Shown here in pieces: positions 7,553 through 14,492 of a stretch of DNA of 14,492 nucleotides; within the stretch, counting starts at the first letter, position 1; every line of letters starts with the position of its first letter. Made by a program: the position numbers and the translations under genes. Source of the DNA: a virus. The stretch lies in UHGV virus genome UHGV-1980068; one strand, written 5' to 3'. Under the pieces are notes generated by a model. It was not told the DNA's origin. It saw only the letters and a list, made by a program, of their open reading frames with translations, and ran no database searches.

Positions 7553-7578
7553 AACCCCGTCATCGTACGGGGTTTTTT
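7553..7578 (+). terminator. Rho-independent terminator/attenuator after portal
   Basis: aACCCCGT-catcgt-ACGGGGTtttttt: 7-bp GC-rich stem followed by a T6 run. Confidence 0.7.
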
Positions 7579-7691
7579 GTTTCCGGAGATAAGCGTTCCG
7601 GGAGCGGTGCGCTTATTCGCGGGGGCAGCGATAAGCCTTATTTACTCAACCATTCGGATCTGTCCGATAAACAGACCATGCGGAGTTATTT

Positions 7692-8699
7692 ATGGATTTT
7701 GAATTTACGGGTGAAGAAACCCCGGAACAACTGGAAAAAATGCTGGAAGGGCTTGGAGATGTGGATATTGACGGTCACGAACAGGACTGCGTGACAGAGG
7801 CCGCCACAGAAAATCATGCGGATGAGGCAGCACAGACACAGACGGGCGATAACACTGCGGCACCGACGCCGGATGCCAGTGCTGAGCAGACGCAGGACGT
7901 GAAGGAGCCGGAGGCGAAGGGTGTGCTCACCCGCGATGGTAAACACGTCATTCCCTATGAAGTCCTTGAGGCTGAACGTTCCGGTAAGCAGCGGGCCGAA
8001 CAGGAAGCCGCACTTCTTCGGGGACAGATAGCCGAAGAAAAACGCCTGGTTGAACTGCTGACGTCTCAGATCCACCAGGCCGGTATGAAACCCGCACCGT
8101 TACCGGAAAACGAAAAAATCTCTGATGAGAAGATTGCCCGTATCAGGGATATGTATCCGGAAATTGGTGACGCGGTGGCTTCGCTCATCCGTAAAAATAA
8201 CTATCTCCAGTCCCGTGTTCAGCAATCAGCACAGCAGGCAGAAGGTCATGGTGGTGAGGATTTATCACCGGTTCTTGATGCGATGAATGCCGTGCCGGTG
8301 CTGAAAACGTGGCAGAACTCCGATCCGGATCGCTTCTCGGTTGCCGTATCCATCGACGGGAAGCTCCAGAATGACCCCGCATGGAAAGACAAACCGCTCA
8401 CTGAACGTTTCGCCGAAGTGGCCCGCCGTACGCAGCTCGCTTTCGGTGAAGCCAGTGAGCCGCCTTCTGATGACAAGGCAGACAACACGGATATCCGGAA
8501 AACGGCGGAAGAAAAAGTGAAAGCCGCTGAACGGGAGATGGCTGTGCCTGCTTCCCCGTCAGAGCTTGGCAACACGGCTTCCGTCGGAACCGGTGATAAT
8601 TTTGAACGGTTACTTGGTGCTTCCCATACCGAAATTGAAGCCGCCATGCGAGGCATGACGGACGCTGAAATTGACGCGATTCTGGAAAAACTCGGGTAA
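7692..8699 (+). CDS. Putative scaffolding protein, 335 aa
   Basis: Lies between portal and major capsid. Highly acidic and alpha-helical (EEKRLVELLTSQ..., AEEKVKAAERE). Low complexity typical of scaffolds. Confidence 0.6.
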   Translation: MDFEFTGEETPEQLEKMLEGLGDVDIDGHEQDCVTEAATENHADEAAQTQTGDNTAAPTPDASAEQTQDVKEPEAKGVLTRDGKHVIPYEVLEAERSGKQRAEQEAALLRGQIAEEKRLVELLTSQIHQAGMKPAPLPENEKISDEKIARIRDMYPEIGDAVASLIRKNNYLQSRVQQSAQQAEGHGGEDLSPVLDAMNAVPVLKTWQNSDPDRFSVAVSIDGKLQNDPAWKDKPLTERFAEVARRTQLAFGEASEPPSDDKADNTDIRKTAEEKVKAAEREMAVPASPSELGNTASVGTGDNFERLLGASHTEIEAAMRGMTDAEIDAILEKLG

Positions 8700-8721
8700 C
8701 CACTGAAGGAGTACTGACGTA

Positions 8722-9936
8722 ATGACCACAGTAACAACAGCCCAGGCGAATAAGCTGTATCAGGTGGCGCTTTTCACGGCTGCCAACCGCAACCGCTCAA
8801 TGGTGAATATACTCACTGAACAGCAGGATGCACCAAAAGCAGTTTCGCCTGACAAGAAAAGCACGAAGCAGACCAGTGCCGGTGCACCGGTTGTGCGAAT
8901 CACGGACCTCAACAAACAGGCCGGTGATGAAGTGACGTTCAGCATCATGCACAAACTCTCTAAACGTCCGACGATGGGGGATGAGCGCGTTGAAGGCCGT
9001 GGTGAAGACCTCAGCCATGCTGATTTTTCCCTGAAAATTAATCAGGGCCGTCACCTGGTGGATGCGGGCGGACGTATGAGCCAACAGCGTACGAAGTTCA
9101 ACCTGGCATCCTCTGCCAGAACGCTGCTGGGTACGTACTTTAACGACCTGCAGGACCAGTGTGCGATAGTGCATCTTGCCGGTGCCCGCGGTGATTTTGT
9201 TGCTGATGACACCATTCTGCCAACGGCAGATCACCCTGAATTCAAAAAAATCATGATCAACGACGTACTGCCGCCGACGCATGATCGTCATTTTTTCGGT
9301 GGGGATGCGACGAGTTTTGAGAGTATTGACCAGTCTGACCTGTTCACTCTTGCGCTGGTCGATAATCTCTCGTTGTTTATTGACGAGATGGCTCATCCGT
9401 TACAACCGGTACGCCTGTCCGGTGATGAGCTGTATGGCGAAGATCCGTATTACGTCCTCTACGTCACGCCGCGTCAGTGGAATGACTGGTACACCTCCAC
9501 GTCCGGCAAGGACTGGAACCAGATGATGACGCGTGCCGTAAACCGCTCAAAAGGGTTTAACCATCCGCTGTTCAAAGGCGAATGTGCGATGTGGCGCAAT
9601 ATTCTGGTCCGTAAGTATGCGGGGATGCCGATCCGTTTCTATAAGGACTCAAAGGTCCTTGTATCGAAAAACGATATGGCAGCAACCACAGAGGAGAAGC
9701 AGGCCAAGACCAACATCGACCGTGCCATGCTGCTGGGGGCTCAGGCGCTGGCGAATGCGTACGGCCAGAAGGGCGGCGGCCACTTCAACATGGTTGAGAA
9801 GAAAACGGATATGGATAACCGTACTGAGATAGCAATCAGCTGGATCAACGGTCTGAAAAAAATCCGTTTCCCCGAGAAGAGCGGCAAGATGCAGGATCAC
9901 GGTGTTATTGCCGTTGATACCGCAGTGAAGCTGTGA
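8722..9936 (+). CDS. Major capsid (coat) protein, 404 aa
   Basis: AAGGAG RBS. Size and position (after scaffold, followed by a strong terminator) fit a coat protein. No catalytic motifs. Confidence 0.7.
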   Translation: MTTVTTAQANKLYQVALFTAANRNRSMVNILTEQQDAPKAVSPDKKSTKQTSAGAPVVRITDLNKQAGDEVTFSIMHKLSKRPTMGDERVEGRGEDLSHADFSLKINQGRHLVDAGGRMSQQRTKFNLASSARTLLGTYFNDLQDQCAIVHLAGARGDFVADDTILPTADHPEFKKIMINDVLPPTHDRHFFGGDATSFESIDQSDLFTLALVDNLSLFIDEMAHPLQPVRLSGDELYGEDPYYVLYVTPRQWNDWYTSTSGKDWNQMMTRAVNRSKGFNHPLFKGECAMWRNILVRKYAGMPIRFYKDSKVLVSKNDMAATTEEKQAKTNIDRAMLLGAQALANAYGQKGGGHFNMVEKKTDMDNRTEIAISWINGLKKIRFPEKSGKMQDHGVIAVDTAVKL

Positions 9937-9952
9937 TTTTTCCTTTCCCCAT

Positions 9953-9975
9953 GCCGGGTTATCGCCCGGCTTTTT
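9953..9975 (+). terminator. Rho-independent terminator/attenuator after capsid gene
   Basis: GCCGGG-ttatcg-CCCGGC followed by ttttt. Confidence 0.7.
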
Positions 9976-9990
9976 CAGGAGTCATTAATT

Positions 9991-10383
9991 ATGGCAAAGA
10001 CTATCCTTGCTCCGTCACTGAGTGAGCGGGTTTATTCAGGTACGCATGGTAATGAGTCGGTGGCAGAAGGTGTGTTTACAGTGAATGCTGCCGAACAGGA
10101 AACCGTTATTAATCTTCTCTCACTGCCGACTGGCGTTCGCATTAATGGGATCCAACTGATTTCAAAAGGTGGTCTTGGTGGTACGGCGACCGTCAGCGTT
10201 AAATCTGGCAAGCATGAGCTCATTGGTGACAGTGGTGCAGTAACTGCCAGCTTTGCTAAATATGTGCCAGTGGAGCCGTACACCACACAGAGTGATGGAG
10301 AGCTGGTTACGGTCACCATTAAGACAGCTGCTGCGACCGGTACCCTGAATGTTCTGCTGCGTTATACCGTGGTGGGATACTGA
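9991..10383 (+). CDS. Hypothetical virion protein, 130 aa (possible head decoration/auxiliary capsid protein)
   Basis: AGGAG RBS. Beta-rich Gly/Thr/Val composition. Bracketed by two intrinsic terminators directly after the coat gene, as expected for an abundantly expressed head component. Confidence 0.5.
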   Translation: MAKTILAPSLSERVYSGTHGNESVAEGVFTVNAAEQETVINLLSLPTGVRINGIQLISKGGLGGTATVSVKSGKHELIGDSGAVTASFAKYVPVEPYTTQSDGELVTVTIKTAAATGTLNVLLRYTVVGY

Positions 10384-10396
10384 TATAAACCTTCCG

Positions 10397-10419
10397 GCCC
10401 GCGTCATGCGGGCTTTTTT
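10397..10419 (+). terminator. Rho-independent terminator/attenuator
   Basis: GCCCGC-gtcat-GCGGGC followed by tttttt. Confidence 0.7.
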
Positions 10420-10433
10420 ATCCGGGGAATTAT

Positions 10434-10895
10434 ATGAGCGAGAAAATTGCCGTTGTCTATATCGGCCCCAAACCCGTGAAAAAGGATACCCTTACCGGGA
10501 GTCGTACACTGTTCCCGCGTCTTGAGCCGGTGCATGTTGACAGCGCGCTTGCCTGGCAGTTGCTGGCCTTTCCGGATGTCTGGGTTCGTCATGAAGAGCT
10601 TGATGGTGTGCTCAAAAAGCAACAACAGGATGAGCAGTTGCGGCAGGCACAGCAGGCGCAGGAAAGAGAACAGGTGGCTCTTGCAGAAGCGGAGAACAGT
10701 TTTGTGGTTAGCGTTGGTGGTCAGGATGTGGATTTGAGCAAACTCACGTCCGCACGGCTGGCAACGTTGTGTGAGGCAGAAGAGCTGAATATTCACAAAG
10801 ACCCGAAAGAAACGGCTGATGTATTTCGTGTCCGTGTGCGTGAGGCATTTCGCCGTCGTGTTGCGGAGACTGAACAGCATGGCGGAACTGACTGA
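10434..10895 (+). CDS. Hypothetical phage structural/assembly protein, 153 aa
   Basis: ORF in the operon context. Q-rich coiled-coil centre (KKQQQDEQLRQAQQAQEREQ). Overlaps the next ORF by 17 nt. Confidence 0.5.
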   Translation: MSEKIAVVYIGPKPVKKDTLTGSRTLFPRLEPVHVDSALAWQLLAFPDVWVRHEELDGVLKKQQQDEQLRQAQQAQEREQVALAEAENSFVVSVGGQDVDLSKLTSARLATLCEAEELNIHKDPKETADVFRVRVREAFRRRVAETEQHGGTD

Positions 10896-11442
10896 TTTTT
10901 TACCGTATGTCCGTCGCCATATCAGTGGTCCGCTGAACATTATGATGACGGATGCGTTATCCATGTCGGCAGTGGCATTCTGCCGTCAGTCCCTGTTGTG
11001 CCGCCGTGAAGCCACGCTGTCACCGCCAGCCGGAGAGGACTGTGTGCTGCCATATGACGCGGAGAATGAAGAGTGCGTACATATTATTCGTATCCTCGCT
11101 GACGGGCGTGAGCTTTTTGCCGGTCATGATGTGGAAATCCGCCCGGGGCGGGTAATGCATTTTGCCTGTTCGCCCGGAGAGGTGAGTGTGCTTTATGCCG
11201 TTGCTCCGAAAGCAGGGAGCCGTCAGGTGCAGGATGAACTGCGGGCATGGTCTGAAGAAGTGGCTGCAGGGGCGCTTGAACGGTTGTTCATGCAGACCGG
11301 GGTTTCATGGTCAGACCCGTCGCGCGCACAGTATTTCTCTGTGCTGTTTTCTGAGGGTATCCGTCGGGCATATCGCGACACACTGGCGACAAGTCCGTAC
11401 TCCTCATACCGCAATCCTGTCCGCAGACAAAGGTTTTACTGA
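10879..11442 (+). CDS. Hypothetical phage structural protein, 187 aa
   Basis: Start taken at the internal Met (MAELTDFLPYV...) which overlaps the preceding gene's 3' end. Its stop overlaps the next start (ATGA). Confidence 0.5.
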   Translation: MAELTDFLPYVRRHISGPLNIMMTDALSMSAVAFCRQSLLCRREATLSPPAGEDCVLPYDAENEECVHIIRILADGRELFAGHDVEIRPGRVMHFACSPGEVSVLYAVAPKAGSRQVQDELRAWSEEVAAGALERLFMQTGVSWSDPSRAQYFSVLFSEGIRRAYRDTLATSPYSSYRNPVRRQRFY

Positions 11443-12092
11443 TGACGACGATTACTGAAATCATCGGACGAGTGAACACGCAACTGGTTGACCCGATGAT
11501 GGTGCGCTGGCCTCTGGCTGAGCTGTGTGATTATTACAATGATGCTGTGCGGGCGGTGATTCTGGCAAGGCCGGATGCAGGCGCAAGTCTGGAGACGCTG
11601 AATTGTGTTCCTGGTGCACGTCAGACTTTGCCTGATGGCGCAATACAGCTTCTTGACGTGATATGCCTCAGCGATGGCAGTGCTATAAAACCGCAATCCC
11701 GTGAGGTGCTTGATGCACAGTATCCCGACTGGCACATGCTGAGGGGGAAACCGGAATGCTTTATCAGCAGTGACCTTGCCCCGCGCGTGTTCTGGCTGTT
11801 TCCGGCACCGGAGGAGGCTGTGAGTGTTGATGCTGTGGTCAGCCGCATTCCGGAGGCGGTGTATGTTCTGACGCAGGATGATGACACGCCTGTACCGCTG
11901 GAAGAGGCTTATGTTAACCCGCTGGTTGACTGGATGTTGTTTCGTGCATTCAGCAAGGATGCAGCCGGTGGTGCAGAGTCAGGACTGGCAGCACAACATT
12001 ATCAGAGTTTTGTTGAGCAGCTCGGGATTAAACAGGGTGCAGACAGTGCATTGTCTGCCCGCAAGAAGGTGTTTAACGGAGGTGGAATGTGA
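11442..12092 (+). CDS. Hypothetical phage structural protein, 216 aa (possible tail/adaptor component)
   Basis: Translationally coupled on both sides (ATGA upstream, GTGA overlap with the fibre gene). Immediately precedes the tail fibre. Confidence 0.55.
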   Translation: MTTITEIIGRVNTQLVDPMMVRWPLAELCDYYNDAVRAVILARPDAGASLETLNCVPGARQTLPDGAIQLLDVICLSDGSAIKPQSREVLDAQYPDWHMLRGKPECFISSDLAPRVFWLFPAPEEAVSVDAVVSRIPEAVYVLTQDDDTPVPLEEAYVNPLVDWMLFRAFSKDAAGGAESGLAAQHYQSFVEQLGIKQGADSALSARKKVFNGGGM

Positions 12093-14011
12093 GTGTTGTT
12101 GTTTCGGGGACGCTGAAATCTCCTGATGGTGAGGCAATATCAGGCGCAAATATTACCCTGACGGCGCTGACAGTTTCACCGGATGCGCTCAGCGGCACCA
12201 GTGCGTCAGCAGTGACTCGTGACGGCGGGTATTACGGAATGACGCTGGAGCCGGGGGAGTATGCGGTTTCTGTGACGGTGAAAGGGAAGACTGCTGTCTA
12301 CGGACGTGTGCGTATTGAGGGGACTGAAAGTACGGTGACGCTCAATATGCTGTTACGCCGCAGTCTTGTTGAGGTGAGCATACCCGGAGAACTGCTGACA
12401 GATTTCCGGCAGATACAGAACAATGTGGCGGATGACCTTGCCACGATTCGTCGTCTGAACGAAGACACGGCGGTGAAAAATAATCAGGCTTCACAGTCGA
12501 AGGAAAGCGCTGCTGCCAGTGCGAAGACTGCATCAGAAAGCGCGAAGGCTGCGACCAGCAAAGCGACGGAGTCTGCACAAAAAGCCAGTGAGGCTGCAGA
12601 GGCGGCGACCCGGGCAGGTGAGTCTGAAAAGGCAGCGGCAGCTGACGCTAAAGAGGCCAGACGACATGCTGAAACCGCCAGAGTGGCTCAGGAGGCCGCC
12701 GGAGACGTTCTTAAACGTGCTGAGGCTGCTACAGTTAGTGCTGAAGAAGCCAGACGTATGGCTGAGAATGCACGAGGACCTAAAGGCGATACAGGGCCGA
12801 AAGGTGATGCTGGTCCTCGTGGTGAAACAGGTCCGGCGGGTCCGCGTGGGGAGAAAGGTGAGCAGGGAGAGCGCGGACCTCAGGGCATACCGGGCCAGAA
12901 AGGTGATACAGGAGAACGGGGACCTCAGGGAGTACAGGGGCCAGCTGGCGCAACAGGGCCATCTGGCCCACGTGGTGCGACCGGGCCACAGGGAGCAATG
13001 GGGCCGCGTGGTGAAACCGGGGCCAGAGGCGAAAAAGGAGACCCGGGGGGGCCTCAGGGACCAAAGGGGGATACTGGTCCGAGAGGTGAGCCGGGGCCGG
13101 CAGGAGCAAAGGGAGAGCGCGGTGAGACCGGACCTGCGGGGCCGAAAGGTGACACCGGCCCACGTGGAGAGGCCGGACCACCCGGACCACAGGGTCCGGC
13201 AGGGCAAACCGGCCCGAAAGGGGATAAAGGTGAACCCGGCGCAACAGGTCCGGCAGGTCCCGCAGGCCCTCGGGGAGAAACCGGCCCCGCAGGTCCTGCG
13301 GGTCCCGCAGCCAGTGTCGCCAGTGTTCCGGATGCCAGCACATCACAGAAAGGTGTTGTACAGCTGAGCAGCGATACCAACAGCGATGATGAAACAAAAG
13401 CGGCAACCCCAAAGGCTGTGAAAGCGGTAATGGCAGAAGTGCAGGCAGCAAAAACGAAGGCAGAAGAGGCAGCAACCCGGGCAGCAGTCCCCGGACCGAA
13501 GGGGGACAGGGGGGAACCTGGCGCACCTGGTGCAGTGGGTCCCGCAGGCCCACGGGGACCGGCTGGTGCAGCTGGTCCCAAAGGTGATGCAGGCCCGGCC
13601 GGACCCCGGGGTCAAAAAGGTGATACAGGACCTGCAGGTCCGCAGGGACCAGCTGGCCCGGCAGGCCCACAGGGGGTTGCCGGAAGGGACGGCAATGTTT
13701 CCACCGGGAAATATGCGGTTGGTTCTTATGTTTTTGGCGTGTCCTCTGTCTATGCTGACGGCGAAGGCTTATTTTCATCAGGGATATATGAAAACATTCA
13801 GGGTAGCTCCATTGATCTGATTTCAATACAGACAACACAAACAGGCGCATCAACACCAAATCAAATCTGGTTTTTGAAACTGGAGGAGGACATTCCGGGG
13901 GTGTGGCGGGCATTTAAACCCGCCGCATATATTGATCTGATGCCAGAAGGAATGCAAGGAGGAAAGAACTCGATGTTTAACTTTATTACTCTTTTCCAGC
14001 GGATAGCGTAA
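12089..14011 (+). CDS. Tail fibre protein with Stf-like N-terminus, two collagen-like Gly-X-Y domains and a short C-terminal tip domain, 640 aa
   Basis: GTG start preceded by GGAGGTGG. N-terminus ([26 protein letters not shown]) recalls lambda side tail fibre Stf (MAVKISGVLKDG...). Ala/Ser/Glu/Lys-rich helical region. Collagen block 1 at about 12776-13309 has 59 Gly-X-Y triplets with one extra-Gly interruption. The conserved Stf motif [29 protein letters not shown] follows. Collagen block 2 at about 13493-13693 has about 22 triplets. Confidence 0.85.
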   Translation: MSVVVSGTLKSPDGEAISGANITLTALTVSPDALSGTSASAVTRDGGYYGMTLEPGEYAVSVTVKGKTAVYGRVRIEGTESTVTLNMLLRRSLVEVSIPGELLTDFRQIQNNVADDLATIRRLNEDTAVKNNQASQSKESAAASAKTASESAKAATSKATESAQKASEAAEAATRAGESEKAAAADAKEARRHAETARVAQEAAGDVLKRAEAATVSAEEARRMAENARGPKGDTGPKGDAGPRGETGPAGPRGEKGEQGERGPQGIPGQKGDTGERGPQGVQGPAGATGPSGPRGATGPQGAMGPRGETGARGEKGDPGGPQGPKGDTGPRGEPGPAGAKGERGETGPAGPKGDTGPRGEAGPPGPQGPAGQTGPKGDKGEPGATGPAGPAGPRGETGPAGPAGPAASVASVPDASTSQKGVVQLSSDTNSDDETKAATPKAVKAVMAEVQAAKTKAEEAATRAAVPGPKGDRGEPGAPGAVGPAGPRGPAGAAGPKGDAGPAGPRGQKGDTGPAGPQGPAGPAGPQGVAGRDGNVSTGKYAVGSYVFGVSSVYADGEGLFSSGIYENIQGSSIDLISIQTTQTGASTPNQIWFLKLEEDIPGVWRAFKPAAYIDLMPEGMQGGKNSMFNFITLFQRIA

Positions 14012-14022
14012 CGAGGTACGGC

Positions 14023-14492
14023 ATGATAATAGCGATCAGTGCGGTTAAGGATCCGGTATATACCAGGCAGGGATGTATCAACTGTCTGGTGAAACTCACC
14101 GGAGTTGACGAGGAGGAGACGGACTGGCTTCCGTTTACGGCGACACCAACGGACGAAGCCCCTCATGGAAAAGAACTCTGGCAGGCACTGAACTCAGGTC
14201 AATATGGTCAAATCGCGCCGTATACTCAACCGGAAGATGCGGTGGAAAAAGCCAGACAACAGAAAATTAATGAGATCAACGCCTGGCGTAATTCGATGGA
14301 AGCGGCGAACTACACGTTTGAGCACAATGGGCGTAAATGGGACTACGGGAAGTCAACGCAGACGCGTATTGAGCCGTCGGTGGCGGCAGCGAAAGCGGGG
14401 AAACTGCCGGAGCAGTTTTTCTGGACGGATGCGGACAATAATGACGTACCGATGGACGCTGAAACACTGATTGCTCTGAGTGCTGCTGCAGA
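14023..14492 (+). CDS. Tail fibre assembly chaperone (Tfa-like), 5' partial and open to the window end
   Basis: ATG at 14023 preceded by GAGG. The frame stays open through nt 14492 (my translation: MIIAISAVKDPVYTRQG...KINEINAWRNSMEAANYTFEHNGRKWDYGKS...FFWTDADNNDVPMD...). The tool did not list it because there is no stop in the window. Sits directly downstream of the fibre gene. The xINAWR...F...G..W motif resembles Tfa chaperones. Confidence 0.65.
   Translation, partial: MIIAISAVKDPVYTRQGCINCLVKLTGVDEEETDWLPFTATPTDEAPHGKELWQALNSGQYGQIAPYTQPEDAVEKARQQKINEINAWRNSMEAANYTFEHNGRKWDYGKSTQTRIEPSVAAAKAGKLPEQFFWTDADNNDVPMDAETLIALSAAA

Noticed and set aside
8797-9396. Minus-strand 199-aa ORF inside the capsid gene, and similar antisense ORFs inside scaffold and portal (8246..8737, 7199..7498, 5782..5979)
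   Set aside because: Antisense to highly plausible structural genes, without RBS or recognisable domains; typical shadow ORFs.
10404-10964. Minus-strand 186-aa ORF opposite the 10434..10895 gene
   Set aside because: It would have to be transcribed against the late operon and across a terminator, and has no RBS. The plus-strand genes fit the operon far better.
12533-13913. Long minus-strand ORFs (377, 224 and 175 aa) and plus-strand alternative-frame ORFs (282 aa, 96 aa) across the tail-fibre collagen region
   Set aside because: These are artefacts of the GC-rich Gly-X-Y repeat DNA, which stays open in several frames. Their translations are low-complexity Pro/Arg/Leu strings with no RBS, and they lie wholly inside a well-supported fibre gene.

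Overview
This window reads as the late (lysis and morphogenesis) region of a lambdoid, probably short-tailed, enterobacterial prophage, with every confident gene on the + strand. Order: a phage-21-type pinholin, an AT-rich two-gene insert, a SAR endolysin, two tiny single-TM ORFs, lambda-like Rz/Rz1 spanins, then terminase small and large subunits, portal, scaffold, major capsid, four uncharacterised virion genes, a collagen-like Stf-type tail fibre and the start of a tail-fibre assembly chaperone. The most interesting part is the expanded lysis cassette: the canonical holin-endolysin-spanin block is interrupted twice by cargo of unknown function (227-944 and 1749-2077). Other points of note are phased TGCGCA palindromes inside terS (candidate pac site), a G7 tract in the tail-fibre collagen domain, and hairpin terminators punctuating the head genes. 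Two N-runs (1350-1370, 2455-2464) are assembly gaps; the second creates an artificial frameshift in Rz. All homology statements are from reading the translations and recalled family features, not from database searches.
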